Below, one piece after another: positions 1 through 14,138 of a stretch of DNA of 64,000 nt. The notes under the pieces were generated by a model. That model was not told where the DNA came from, made no database searches, and saw only the letters and a list, made by a program, of their open reading frames with translations. Where the stretch lies: the NCBI GenBank assembly GCA_043228905.1, contig JBHGNT010000009.1:4712001-4776000 (forward strand), read 5' to 3'. Within the stretch, counting starts at the first letter, position 1. Each line of letters opens with the position of its first letter. The stretch comes from Azolla caroliniana (Eukaryota > Plantae > Polypodiophyta). The translations under genes were made by a program, and so were the position numbers.

Positions 1-3000
1 ACCCACCCTTTCCAACACAGTTCTCCAAGATTCCAAGTTGATCGGGTACTGGTCTCCTTTCCATAATCCAAATCCTCCAAAATATTGGTATGTGATATGA
101 GCTTCTACTTCTTGTTTCCAAGAAAAGATACTACATTAGTATTAAGAAACGTCGTAAGGTTATACACGAAATATGTACATATAAGTAATTACCCCCGTTT
201 TTTTTTACCAAGGTTAAGTTATAATTATTGACTTTAATAAATTATTTTCCATAGAGTAAAACCACTCCCCCTTGTCAAAAAATCACCTCTAAAATATACA
301 TTTGTCCTGTTTAGCATGAAACTCCAAACATTGTTGTAATTCTGCCCATTTAGTGTTATCCAAATAACCTCTTAGGTTATGCACAAACTCTATCCAAATC
401 TTGATAATTGTATGAGCAAACCTTTCTGTCACATTTTGAAATACCTTCAAGCACACGCCCTTCCAAATATATCAAATCATATTACTACTTAAAAATTTTC
501 ATATAATATATCTCAGTTTTACTAGTCGGCGTTTGTGGATTCAGGGGTATAGTTGTTTTTTGCATTAGACCATGTCGAGAGAAAGAGCATCTGCAACATC
601 CTCTTGCTCGATATGACCTTCTTTTTTAGTGTCTTGATATGCTATGATGTGTACTTTGAATGGGATTATATGAGCTTATGTGGTATTTGAATGTTTTTAT
701 ATGTCATATGGTTATTTGACAAGGTTTCCATGCTATGCTGTTTCCTTTTTATGGTTTTACATGGTACCGAGGTTTGAAATATCTTTATATTGTATGAGGA
801 TTTTGAGTAGTTATAGGTTTAAAGAGTTTGTTTAAATGAATTTATGTGATGTGTACATATATCGGTGGATGAATGTGTTATGAGGTTGTCTATGGAATGT
901 TTTTTAATGTGTTCTTGGTGGACTCTATGTGTTATGATTCTCATGTATTTGAATAAATTGGCATTGTCTGCTATTTAAAATTGTTCTACCCTTGAACTTG
1001 CAACTCAAAGTGACTTTTTAAAGCTTAAGCTTAAGCTTATTGTGGAGTGGCTCCTCAACCTTTTTAGTCTTTTGTTTACATGGAGGGGTGAGTGTGATAT
1101 ATAGTGTTTATCATTGTGAGTGTGAAGTAAAATGCTTTCATCCTTAGTGCAACAATTTTTTACACTTTGATGTTATTCTTACTCCATCTTGATTATTTTC
1201 TCTAAGAAATCAAGGAGATTCATATGGATTAGTAATATTTGAGGACGATATTTCAAGGGCGGCTTCTCCCGGAAACCTCCATTGAACAAAATGGTGAGGT
1301 CCTTATCTAAATGCAAACAATTAATCATCGGCGAAATTGAGTTAATTCTTTACTTAGTAAGAATGAATACAAGCCCACGCACAAACAACATAAATTAGGT
1401 CAGTCAAATTCTTTTGGCTCTAGTTTAAGAATATAGGGATAAGTTATAACAATGCATCGCAACATTCTAACGTGCTAACAAAACCTTATATTCCAACAAT
1501 CTTATGTGTTTCGCATTCCAAATAAGAAGAAAAACAACTACATCTCGAGCCCTGTGTTTTAAAGAAATTATGGAGACAAACTTTTCTAGTTTTCTTGAAT
1601 ATCAAAGTGTTGTAAATGTCCATCGTACACGTTTTTCTTATCATTAAATGAAATCAGTTTTGAATTTCCCGAGGTCACATGCTACTTCGTTGTTATCTTG
1701 TTCCTAACAGTAAAATATTTGATAATATGGTATGTCTTTCAGAGGGTTTGTTCCACAAAAGTTTTTGCCCACAGAAGACTTTTTGAAATATACGAGTTAG
1801 TGCTCTTGTAAGGGAATCTTGGTTGAAATGCATAAAAATTACACCTTGGAACATGTATTTGTTCTTGTAATGTGATACCTCGCACCAAGTCCAAAAATGG
1901 AAGAATATCAAAGATGCCCCACCCTCCCCCTCTTGGGGATACTCAAGGGATGTTCTACCATAGTTTTGCTTGACCATTGATAATTGGCGTATACACCCAC
2001 ATGTTTCAGCAGAAACTTCTCCATGGAACCTCACTTCGAATTCAAATTGACGGTGATTGTCTCCCTTTGATGTCTCTCTCTAGAGAAGTTTGAGGTAAAT
2101 CATGGTGAATCCTCGAAAAAACTCCTATAAGAAGCTACGAGAAACTATTTTTTATGTTGAACAAGAACACCACCACCACTACATTAGAAAATGGATGATA
2201 CGTATACTTGGTGCCAATTCTAGAGAAGTACTATCCCATGCATGCCAAATTCCAATCCATCTAGCATGTGGCCATGCTTTTTAACCATGAAGGCATACCA
2301 CAGTGATGATCTAGGACTAGCTTACAAGTGGGAGTCACACCCTATTTGACAGTCTCAAAAATCCTAATTAAACATTTATGATCGTTTGTTCAAGGAAAAC
2401 AAGTGGACTTGGTTCTACTTACTACATATTACATCTATGTCAGATTTTGTTCAAGAATGTGGATTAATACAAAAGAAAATGTGTAAACATCGAAAGGTCA
2501 GTTCCGTATGCACAAATCAAGAGGACGAATCGAGGGTATGGATTGATGTAACACATGAAAAAACGTGTAAATTAGTAGAGGGTTGCAAGCCCAAAACAAG
2601 TGGAATCCAGCTACGATCTTTGGAGGGTTCAGATTCACAAAGAAAACATTAAAATGAGATCAAATTTAAAATAAAAAATAAGAAGAAGCGACCCAACATT
2701 AGAAGAACATGTTGTTTTTGTAAACACAATGTTGTCGTCAAAAGCGAACATACTAATATTTTGGATTGTGAGATGTACGAATGCATGGTATGGAGTAGAT
2801 TAATGTAATGATATGTTTCCGGAGGCATTTCAAAGTAAAAATTGATCAATCCATTCATCTATTGAATGTCCAAATGGAATCTTTGGACAGACTCACCCGA
2901 TTGATTGATTCGGACATAAAATCTTTACAGTGTTCCCTCTCTCCAACCACAATTTCCACTCTTCCATGTTTCTGCTTGAGGGGACGAGATCGGAGAATGT

Positions 3001-3210
3001 TCATGTTTCAATTCAATCTGGCAACCCATAAAAACCTATTATTAGCCTCTAGGGTTTTGCATAATTCCTGAAATGCCCTTCACAAGACATTTTAGCATTA
3101 ACTTCTAAAATGCCCATCCAACACATCATCTACCCAACCAAGTCCCAAGAAATGCCCCCATTCTCCATACACACATTGACCCCCTAGACCTCTCCCTAAA
3201 ACCAGAGAGA

Positions 3211-3290
3211 GTTTTGCTAAAGTTAAGTGGTTTTAGGGTTTTTGCTTAGGTTAAGTGGTTTTAGGGTTTTGCTTAGGTTAAGTGGTTTTT
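3211..3290. repeat. About 3 tandem copies of a 27-28 bp unit containing the telomere/telo-box motif TTTAGGG
   Basis: TTTTGCT(A/T)A(A/G)GTTAAGTGGTTTTAGGG repeated, just upstream of the LEA_2-like gene. Confidence 0.75.
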
Positions 3291-3533
3291 TGGTTTTTGT
3301 GTCTTGACTTCTTTATCTCTCTCTCAAATCAAATCAATATGTCTTAATCCCCTGACAATACCTACTAAACTGACTTTAATGCCCCCCCCCCTCTCTGTTC
3401 TCTGTCCTCCATAGCTATTGATTCTTCTTCTTCTTCTTCTTCATTCTTCATTCTTCATCCAACTCTTTGATTCATCTCTTCTTCTTCTTCTTCTTCTTCT
3501 TCTTCTGCTTCATCCTTCCATCTATCCACTGCA

Positions 3534-4235
3534 ATGGGCAAAGGAGAGAAAGGAAGCTACAAGTCAAGACAAAAGCAGAAACAATTCATCTGCATTACCC
3601 TAACCCTAACCCTAATCTCCATCATCGTCGTCCTATCAGTTCTCTACTACTCTCTCTTCAAACCTAAAGACCCACAAGTTCAAATACCCACAATGCAACT
3701 TCTCTCTCTTTACATACCCCATTATTCGGTTGCGTCTCCTTCATCTTCTTCCACCATATCCACTCTCAACCTAACCCTAAACCTACAAATCTCCATACAA
3801 AACCCTAACCGAGCAAATTTCGTGATACAGCAAGGGAGCAAAGCAAGATTGTATTATGATGACAACTACGTGCAAGAAGTGGGTTTCTCCTCTGTTCCTC
3901 AAGGAACCATTGCTTCAAAATCCGTCGCCATTCTCTCTGTTTCTCTGAGTAATTTCGAACAAGGAAGTGGTGGTGGTGGAGAAGATGGTGGGTTCTCAGC
4001 CCAAACAATGAGGAGCTATGGTGATACTTCATCATCATCACCACCATCACTGTCTTCTTCTAATTCTGGTATATTGGAGATGGGTGTCTCTATTACTATA
4101 ATGGGGAAGGTTACTACTCTTGGCATATTCTCCCATCACTCTGCACTGATCTGTAAGTGCGCCATTAACCTCTCCTTGAGCTCAAGAGGCATTGAATCCT
4201 ACACGTGCCAGAGGAGCTTCTCCATGGATGTGTAG
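3534..4235 (+). CDS. LEA_2 domain / NDR1-HIN1-like membrane-anchored protein, intronless, 233 aa
   Basis: Basic N-terminus, then a hydrophobic TM segment (FICITLTLTLISIIVVLSVLYYSLF), FKPKDP, LNLTLNLQISIQNPN, and a C-terminal C-x-I...C pattern typical of LEA_2/NHL proteins; CTT microsatellite in the 5' leader. Confidence 0.8.
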   Translation: MGKGEKGSYKSRQKQKQFICITLTLTLISIIVVLSVLYYSLFKPKDPQVQIPTMQLLSLYIPHYSVASPSSSSTISTLNLTLNLQISIQNPNRANFVIQQGSKARLYYDDNYVQEVGFSSVPQGTIASKSVAILSVSLSNFEQGSGGGGEDGGFSAQTMRSYGDTSSSSPPSLSSSNSGILEMGVSITIMGKVTTLGIFSHHSALICKCAINLSLSSRGIESYTCQRSFSMDV

Positions 4236-4236
4236 C

Positions 4237-4587
4237 TAGAGAGTGGATGCCCCCATGCAACCCTAGTCTAGAGAGTGGATGTGCCATGCCACATATAGTC
4301 TAGAGAGTAGATGTCCCATGCCACCCTAGCCTAGGTAGAGAGTGGATGTTCCATGCCACCCTAGCCTAGGTAGAGAGTGGATGTTCCATGCCACCCTAGC
4401 CTACCTAGAGAGTGGATGTTCCATGCAACCCTAGCCTAGCTTGAGAGTGGATGTCCCCATGCCACCCTAACTCTAGAGAGTAGATGTGCCATGCAAACCT
4501 AGTCTAGAGAGTAGATGTTCCATGCAACCCTAGCCTAGCTAGAGAGTGGATGTCCCCATGCCACCCTAAGTCTAGAGAGCAGATGTC
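4237..4587. repeat. Minisatellite of about 11 copies of a 31-35 bp unit starting right after the LEA_2 stop codon
   Basis: Consensus (C)TAGAGAGTGGATGT(T/C)CCATGC(C/A)ACCCTAG(CCTAG); degenerate copies also near 4651 and 4723. Confidence 0.9.
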
Positions 4588-4916
4588 AGTCAGGTTGTAG
4601 TAGGGAGAGTGCATGTTGATGTTAGGTTGGTTTCTCTTATATTCTGCATTCTAGAGAGTGGATGCCATGCCATCTCTAGTGTGTGCATGTTAGGTTCTCA
4701 TTTTCCATGGTAAATGTTCTTGTAGAGAGTGGATGTCTGCCTCTCCTTGATGCATATAGAGAGAGAGTGTGTGTGTGGAAAAATCATTTGTGACCCTCAA
4801 AAAACTTGGATGTAAAAAAAATGCAGTCATTTTCTAGCATAGAAATTTGTTCCCTTTTGATTTTTGATGCCAATAAAAAAACAAACAATGGGGTCACCTT
4901 TGAATTTGTGGCTTCT

Positions 4917-4917
<1 letters not shown>

Positions 4918-4952
<35 letters not shown>
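4918..4952. repeat. (GA)n microsatellite
   Basis: Direct reading. Confidence 0.9.
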
Positions 4953-4954
<2 letters not shown>

Positions 4955-7140
4955 GTTGATGGTGGGAGAGCTATGTATATCAATATGTTGTATGTGGAAA
5001 TGTGTGTAGTTTAGATGTTTTTATAAAGTGGATAGCTTCTTAGAGAAATGATGTCAAAAGTTGTATGTGAGCAAATGCCTAATGATCCAAGGTGAGAAGA
5101 AGGGACCTCACATTTTGGACCAACCTATAGAAACGACATGGTCTTATGATTGCATTCCAAATCTCTCGGCCAACCTATTATGCTTGTTATTATGTCCCTA
5201 CCTTGCGTGTTTCGAACTCCTACCGTAGTGAGAATTATATTCGGTACATTGTTGTCCTTTCAAGTTATGGGATAGGTATATTGTACAAGCTATTGCACGT
5301 CAATTGCAGTGCCATGTCTATTGCATGTATTGGAATCATTATATCCGAGGTTTGAGATTGAGTTAGTGGGTGATAAACATGTAGACGAGAGATGTGTCAA
5401 CATGGTTTCAGAAGAAAGGTTTTGTGAAAAGGTCTACATTGCATAGCTATTCTGTGTTGAATGGAAGAAAATTTCCAGGAATGCTTGCTCCGAGAATCGA
5501 GCAATATATGTTGTATGATGTCCCAATATATGTATAGAATGATGAGCAATATATGTATGTAGTATGATGTCCCAATATATGTATACAATCATGTTAATGT
5601 TTGTCAAAAGCATGCAGGGATGATAATGCTAGTTTTGTTTTGAGAATGGATTGAGCATTGTGCGATTGTGTTGCATTTACCCTCAAACCTGGGGAATGTG
5701 ACACAATTGGAACTGTAAATTTCTTAGCCTTTGTACATCTAGAGGAGATGCAATATTCAAGACCTTTCAAGAAACACATGTATGTATGTAGCACCTACCA
5801 CACCCAATAATGGATGTTTGACGGTGTGATTACCATAATGATGAGAGACCATAGCAAAGACACTCATGAGGTTAAAATTGTAATTTGCAATGTCTCATAG
5901 ACATACGGGTAGAGCAAGAAATTGTCAAAATTTGATTGCACGACTTACTTTTGTGTTTATAGAAGGTAGTAAGTTTTAGTTTTTTAAATACCATCTTATC
6001 TCTACAATCTTGCGTTGTGACTCATTGGTGATAACATAGTGGAAAATGGGAATAAAGGGATCATTCGCATTTCAATAATCACGTATCTACAATCCTTTAC
6101 AATTACCAAAATTAGTTGGAACTTCACTAATGATGTTGTCATTATAAGCTCTAAGTTCTTCATAATCATTGACGGGTGTAATATGTATACACATAAACCA
6201 TACAAGTCTGTTGGCCCTCTTGTTATGCATAGCTATAACATGAGTGGGCCTATTGCCCAAATCTGATTTCTTGTCCAATTATACAAATAAGATTTTAGTT
6301 GCACCACAAAATTCCAAGCATTACCTAAACCTTGTCTAATGAAAGCGCATTCACAAGGAGGAAATGGCACATCTTTCTTCGGTTAATGGTTCAAACTAGT
6401 CGATGTCGTTATATTTCTATTAACGTTAACAAGACAAGGCATTATGTAGTTAATGTGCAAGAGTATTTTAATGTAGAGCTACAACATGGGGGTTATGCTT
6501 GCCTCAAAGTTTCCAATTGACCTTACAATAATAGCTTAAAATTAACGAACAAGAACTGGGTAGGTTTTTGTGTAGTGTCATTACATCAATATGCAATGTT
6601 TAGGGTAACACATCTAAAGGGCATGAAGTGATAGGTAGGTGAACACGTGCCAAGTAGCATTTGTTTAAAAGAACTTTCTTTTGTGGTTTTGAAAGTATCA
6701 TGGAATATGTGCATTTGTTCTACATCTTTATATACTCGTTTGATCTACTCTCCAACTAAGTCACTGATACGTTGCAACAACTATCGCGTAGTTTGGAAAA
6801 GAAGCGACTAGATACATTAGTGCAAGGTATTAAGTATACTCGGCTTCCATTATTGGGCGACCTTTAGTATATAACAATATTGTTTCCTAAAAGAATAGTA
6901 TAGGAAAAGCAACCAAGAAAAAGGTGTCATTCATGCGAGGGAATGAATGACTTGATGGTCTTTTCTACATGATTACCATATGCTTGTTTTTAGTGATTTG
7001 ACCATGTGGCTTGGTTTAATGAAGTTGAAGAGGACAATGTTTGTGGCGTTGGATGTAGTCCGAGTGACTTGATAAATATGGCTTCGTTCATCAAGTTAAA
7101 GCGAAAAGTGTTCTTTAGTATTGTCATGGCTTGGCCGTCT

Positions 7141-8879
7141 TCATCTCTCCCGATGTGAGTAGCGTCCGACTCCAGCAAGCGTGGAAATTGAGCTCATTAG
7201 AGACAAACTGTTCTTGTTTAGTACTCTCCTTTCAGCCCTCAACTTCACCTGTTAAAAGAACATTTTCAGATTCATCCATCTAATGCATTTTAACACACTA
7301 TATACACAAGTGATCATATCATGACAATTACATGTGTATAAACTTCTATGGACAAGCACCAAAACACCCCCTAACATTCTATATATTTACCAAGAATACC
7401 CTTTCGGGTTTTTTAAAAATTGCCAAGAAACAAAATGTAGATATTCTAGTAGGAGTTACAAGCACAAATTTTGGTGTTTTATCCCCCACAATTGATTTGC
7501 AAACAACCTCACGAATGTCGTCCGGTGAATTATTCCTTCGAGCCCCTTTCCAACATAACAATCCAGACTTGTATGCAGGTGTCCTGATCCCATTTCAACA
7601 ATATAGCAAACAACAACAAAGCATTAGCGAGATTAAATTGTAAACACAAGAACAACCAATATAGTACGTTATGATTCGGGTTATAAGTTATAACGACCTA
7701 AGCTCATGATACTCTTTTCTGGCATGGTCTACACATTGCCGGAAATATATTGTAATGTGGAAAAAAGGAGAGTCTACAACTTCTTGAAAAAAAGAAGAAA
7801 AAAAAAAACAAAAAGAAAAGATGAGGATTTTGTCCCAACTAATTTTATTTAACATACCTGCTTTCCACATGGTCACTACTTTGTTCATCATGTACACTGA
7901 AAGACTGGCAGTTAGTTGTTGAAACCCTGGTATCCATCTTCAATGAAGGCCCATTCTTAGCATATAGGATGATTTTCGCAGCATTAATCGGATCCATGTC
8001 CTCCTGTTGGGTACTCAATCTCTCCTTATTCATCGAGGATGCAGCTATTATCTCGTCTTCTCTTCGATCAAGTACACGTTGTGATTTCACTACATCATGT
8101 GCTTGAGACGAGTAATGTGTCGAATTTGATCTTGGTTTCTCGTCGATTGTACTGTGTCTGGTCAAGCTGCCACCTAATGATGAATTCCTCATCAATAAGT
8201 GGTTAGAAGTTAATCCAGCCTTCGGATTGTGGTTACTAATCGATCTACAGATTTTGTCGACGAGGGATGGATCCTTTTCATTGGCAGAGAGCTCAGCCAA
8301 AATGGCATTGCCTTCATTCCTTTGGGATTTAACCTTTTTAGTCCTCAGAGACTTTTTGTTGGTTTGGTAAGGGTGTGCATTTTCAACTGGCTTCTCCATC
8401 ACAATCTCTCTGTCTTGAGAACCTTCTTGAGCACATGCTGCAAGGCTGAGGTTAACTTGGACTGGGCATCCCAATGCCATTTGAAATGACTTTGCTATCG
8501 TCTCTTTACGCGTAGCAGCCCTTTCTTTGTTCTCCACTGTTTGGAATTCCAAATGGGCAATGGCATAAGCTTCACAAAAAACAAAATGTCAGCATACAGA
8601 CTCCATGAAATTAAATTGTATGTATTACATATATTTGTTATAATATGCACAGGACATGTATGTAGAGTCTAGACATGTATGTATGTATGTATGCATGTTG
8701 TATGTATGTAGGTATAATGTATATATGTATGTATCTAACTTATGGTTGCAATGTATATTAGTACATGATATGGAGGAAAATATTGTGAATGTTTCTAGTC
8801 TACTTAGAATCAATTATTTTCTTCTTGGGCTTTCATGAGTTTCCCACCCAGGAAGAGAAGTTAAAATGTTTGTTTTGAC

Positions 8880-8916
<37 letters not shown>

Positions 8917-11900
8917 TACAATGAAAGGCAAATTGATACCATCTGAAACCGAAAGAGAAACTAGCTTCCCTTCGCCGCTTAGTATCTGCCGTAGAACACT
9001 CGATGGGCTGCCTTCCAATAGTTTCTCCCATATATCATCCATAGTGGAATGACTCATTTCATACATGTCTGTCTTATTAGTGATCCTATCATGCTTAAGG
9101 CCTCTTCTCAAGGAACTGTTGTTGGTACTAGTCGCAAGTGGCAGTGCTTGTAGTCCATGCGAATTAGCCTTATTTCTCATGGCGCCCTTATAAAGTATGG
9201 ATGATGATTTGTGTACATTTTTGGACTTAGAACGTGTAGTATGTTGCACATTCCTTCTTTTTGAGGATAAATCTCCATGAAGCTCTACCGCTGGACTTGG
9301 TGTGTGAATTCTTGGCAACCGACATTGTCCTGGTTCATTATCATGTGTTTCTCGATACTTTTCAGATTGATCGGCCATCCGCATATTTTCCAGCCACTGT
9401 TTCTTGGCAATTTTATTACTTGTGATGTCCACATTGGCATTGGTGATGATGCCATCATAAGTGTTGATGATGCATGGCAAATCTCCGGTTTCCTTATCGC
9501 TGGTTTCCAGAAGAGTTAAGGGACTTTGCGTGACACTAGTCCGAGCGGAGATCGAATATTCTTGAATATTCGATGTGTGATGAGGTTGTTCGAATTGAAG
9601 GAAATTCTGGAGGGGCGAGAATCGCAAAAGAGCTGCTGTGAGCCAAGTGATCCTGTTGCTGTTACAGCATGCCCTCAATTGCTTCTCAGCTTCTGACAGG
9701 ATTTTTAAGGCTTGCCTCAGCTTTTCCAGATCTACTCTACTCACTGAAGATCCAATCTTATATACATCAGAACCCTTCAAATCCGTCTTAAAATGCATAA
9801 CTTACCAACAATGATTCATATATAGAATCTAAATATGATAGCATATGTATTCATATACAAACATATATACATGGTGGTCCATATAGCATTCATACACGGT
9901 CCCATATTATCACATATTAAGATGCATATTATACATACAAATGCAGATACACACATACATACTGAGATGTATACATACAAGATATATAAACACAAATATA
10001 TACATGCATGTGCATGTAATAGAGAAGCATGCAAACATACAAAATGGATACATACACATTTTTTAAGCATCCAATACATACATGCAAGGATAAAATACAT
10101 ACATAAACACAAAGTGATATTATCTTACATGTGTTTCCAGGAGGACTGCCAAGGAATCCATGGTTGCAATTTCCCGCCAAAAGATCGGTGATGAGATTAG
10201 CAAGTTGTGACAACAATGCCATCGGTTCGATTCCTGAATCTACAAGGTCTCTTATGCATCTCACCATATTTACGACATTGTCAGCAGACAAGGCCAGCTC
10301 CAGTAACTCAACAAGTTTTCCATCTGGGATAAAACCCACCTTTACATTTTCAAACAACTCAAAAAGTTAAACAAAAGAGTTATGGACAGTTTATCAATAA
10401 GAGAGAAACAGATGAATTAAAACACAGTTTGAAGGTTGAACATGATAATGTTCAAGTGAAGTCTTTACCATTTCACTGACTACCTCTATGGTGATCTTTT
10501 GGCCTAAAGTGCTCAGTTGATCAAGTGTAATCTCAGCCTCACATAGTGACCCATCTGCTCTAGCAACAATGAGCTGCAATGCATCTTCCTCTATGTCAAT
10601 TCTCTCTAGAGAACTGATTACCTTCATCTTTGATACAATATCAGCATCCTTGACCTTAGGAAATGTGAACTTGTGACATCTTGACACCACAGTCCTTGGC
10701 AACTGTTCAACATCTGCTGTGATGAGAATGAACACAAGGTTATTAGAAGCACTGCTGGCTCCCAATGCATTGTAACTACACATGAGAAGATGCCATGCTT
10801 CTTTTGTGAGAAGATGGCATTCATCAATGATGAATATTTTGTATTCATCATCTTGAGGAGAGGCTGCCGGGGAATTGATTTGCCGCATAAATGGTCTAAT
10901 GGTGTCGATTTCGTTATGTCCAGTGGCATCAATCTCTTGAATGTTCATGGGTTCAATTCCTAGCAAGAGCTTTTTACAATGTCTACAAGAACCACAAGGC
11001 ATTGACAGTGACTTGATACTACTACTCCTTCTTCCTCCTCTTCCTCGTGATAATGATGATGACCAACAATTGATTGATCTGGCAAATACTCTTGCTGCCG
11101 ATGTTTTCCCGGTGCCCCTTGGCCCATGGAAGAGATAAAATGGTGCTATCTTCCCTTTGATCAATGCATTGGAAAGGGTCTGCATGACCATGCTCTGCCC
11201 CACAATCTCCTCAAAACATTTGGGACGGTACTTACCGATAAGGCTCCGATGATGACTAATCCAAGCAGGGGCTTGAGGCCTATGTTTATATTGATGAGTA
11301 TCTTTTTTACTGCCGTCGGAGCTTAGTCTTTGTGTTACTGAACTATGATGGAAAGCAGCAGCAGCAGCAATTATATGACAATTCCCATCACTATCACTAT
11401 CACTATCACTATCACTATCACTATGCCCATATCCATCACTATGATCATCACCGTCATCACAACTATGGCTATGACTATGACTATTACCATGACCATGTAC
11501 ATAACCATGCCCATGCATGTCAGCATGACCATCACCAAGACTACCATCACAATGATCATCACCATCATCATGACTATGGCCATGACAATGTCTATCACCA
11601 TCAACATCATCATGATTTATATTAGGCTCATTACTATTAGCATGACAATAACCATCGCCAGTATCTAATATCCTATCCAGTTTTGAGCTTGATTTCTTCT
11701 GTAAGAGGGCCTTATTCACATGTTCAACATATTGCAACAGTTCCTTCCTCTGCAGTGATGAGGTAGTTGATCGTCTCGATCTCATACCCATCGATGATCT
11801 CGCTTCACTCCGGAGTACATGTCGATAGACTCGATCCTTCCTTGCATTACAATGGCGCGTGCTTCTAGTAGTAGTTGATCTCCCAAACCTCTTACAAGGA

Positions 11901-11992
11901 TGCATAATTAAAGAATGAGAATTAGGTTTCTTCACTACATAACGATGCTGGTTCTTAATCTTCAAGTTTCCATCAGACATGGGTCTGGCCAT
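7141..11992 (-). CDS. STICHEL-like protein (DNA polymerase III gamma/tau-like AAA+ domain). Predicted exons 11992-10469, 10339-10129, 9743-8940, 8569-7858, 7583-7508, 7248-7141
   Basis: KYRPKCFEEIVGQ, Walker A GPRGTGKT, Zn motif C...PCGSCRHC, Walker B IIDECH, SRC motif, and STICHEL-type segments LLELALSAD, DLEKLRQALKILSEAEKQLR, LLCWK. All five introns are GT-AG and keep the frame through to TGA at 7141-7143. Confidence 0.88.
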
Positions 11993-13906
11993 ATAGAAAG
12001 ATAGACTCTCGAATCAGAGATTATATATACAAGCTACCATATCTATACCTTATATTTATGTAAATGTAATTGAATGTGCCTTGTTTGTTGTTGAATCATT
12101 CTTATATTAATCAGAAACAATTGCACATTCCCAACAAAAAGTAAAGCATTTTAATAGTATGCTATTACTAACATTGTGACCAAAAAGTGAGGGATAATGA
12201 TTGATATGAGCCTAGGAAACTAGCTTTTAGTAAAACTTATAGAGATGCAGAGTGTTAACTGAACTGGTTGATCTCGATTCTAACCTTGACACAAAAAAAA
12301 ACAATACAGACACCAAACAAATTTAATGAGCCGTTGAAAAAGATCAACAAACTTTCTCACTGACAACAGAAGAAAAAGAAGAGGAGGATGAGGAAGAAGA
12401 AGAAGAAGAAGGAAACCAACAACAGATGCAAAACGAATGAATTAATTTAGTTGACTTCGATTACTTTCTTAAAAGGGCAATTCAATTCAAAACACAGTAG
12501 TGTTTCAAACTTCAATCATCTCTTTAAAGATACAGGAAACTGAGGATCTATCTAAACTCTAGAGAGAAAAATAGAGATAGAAAGAATTATATTGTAAATT
12601 ATTATCATTATTATTTAAATAGCTGAATCCCTGATATATCTTTTGCTAAAATATAAATCAATAAATCCCTAAAAATCTTTCGTAAAAAATATATATGAAA
12701 CCAAAACATCATCTTAAGGAACTCATGGGCTTAAATTCATCATTAGTTACACTCTTTTTTTTTGTCTTGCCAAAACCCTAGTTTCTTTTTCTTTTCTTTG
12801 TTTTGTTTAATGGCAAGCGCCCATGGATTCTCCATTATTTCGTTTTAGGGTTTTATTTTATCCCTAGCTCCAATCATCACATCTAAACGTTTTCTCTTTT
12901 TATTTTTATTCGATATATTTCTTATGTTTGCGTTCGATATATCTATATTTACTGTAATACGAATCACTGTCTTCTGAAACCCTAGTATTTGTTTACTCAC
13001 AAAATAACCACCCACTATTTCTTTTTCTTTTTTTAATGTTAGATTATGTTTTAGATATATGTATATTATTATATATATATACATAAATTGTAATTGAATT
13101 TAATTCATTCATTTGACTCCTCAAGGAGTTTAAATCACATAATAATATTAAAAGCTCTGAAATTTAGCAGACATGTTAGACAGGCCATAGGAAAACCATG
13201 TATATATATACATAATATGTATATTTAATGCTGAACCATAGCTTCAGGCCATTGATTTTGATGAATCCTTTTTCTTTTCTTTTTTACTGCTAATCAACCT
13301 GTTACCTAACCCACCTATGCCATACAGATTCATGGATGTCTGAGTGAATTATCTATATCTATCTCTACATGCCTAGATTTGAGACCTCTGTTTCTTGGGT
13401 CAAAAGACATCATTTCTTTAATCCTTCTTAATCATTGTTAGACATTGAAAACCTTGAAAAGATGTAAAGACTCTATTAAAACCTCTGTTTTGGGGGGCAG
13501 GGGGGTTTGAAATCTATGCAAGAAAATCAAGTCCCAATGTGGTACAAATAATATTGGATTCAATCATGTGTACAATAACACATGTTTTCTTTCAGTCTGT
13601 TTAGAAAGCCAAATCCCCCTCCTTAATAATGCCTTTACTTCCAGAATTCCTCCCCAACCATTGGAAGCAAAATTATGTACAGATAGATAAAATATGGTCC
13701 TCCTAACTATGTATGATTGCATGGAAGTTAGTTAGGCTACTTGGGAACTCTCTCCATAGTTCTCCATGTCTCTCTCTCTCTCTCTCCCGAGTCCCGCGCG
13801 CGGAAAACAAATCGCCTCCCCATGATGTAACTCTAGCATGTCTCAATGACTCATGTGAAATGACCATTGGCACACCACCTATTAGTTTGACACTTGCCCC
13901 TAATCG

Positions 13907-14138
13907 GCTTGACACAAAAAAATAACAATCGCTCAATGAAATAAACAGGCAATTTCGCACGAATCAGGAAGGCTAACTCGTTACACGATTTCATCGAAAT
14001 GGACAAATTTTTGCCTATGCACTCATCCTAATATGCTTGACACAAAAAATAATTGTAATCCCTTGACGACATAAATGCCATTCGGTACGAACTAGGTAAA
14101 CTAACTCACTACTTGATTTCATCAGAATGGACAAATTT
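13907..14138. repeat. Degenerate tandem duplication of about 128 bp
   Basis: GCTTGACACAAAAAA...GATTTCATC...AATGGACAAATTT occurs at about 13907 and 14035. Confidence 0.65.

Noticed and set aside
1-2900. Possible decayed LINE or other TE remnants
   Set aside because: Only vague hints, such as a TLEHVF-like stretch near 1845; no motif series or termini I can support
11332-11668. His/Tyr-rich and Met/Ile/Thr-rich ORFs in other frames
   Set aside because: By-products of the hexamer repeat within the STICHEL-like exon
10394-11992. Bacterial dnaX by horizontal transfer or contamination
   Set aside because: Spliceosomal introns and STICHEL-specific segments identify it as the native plant family
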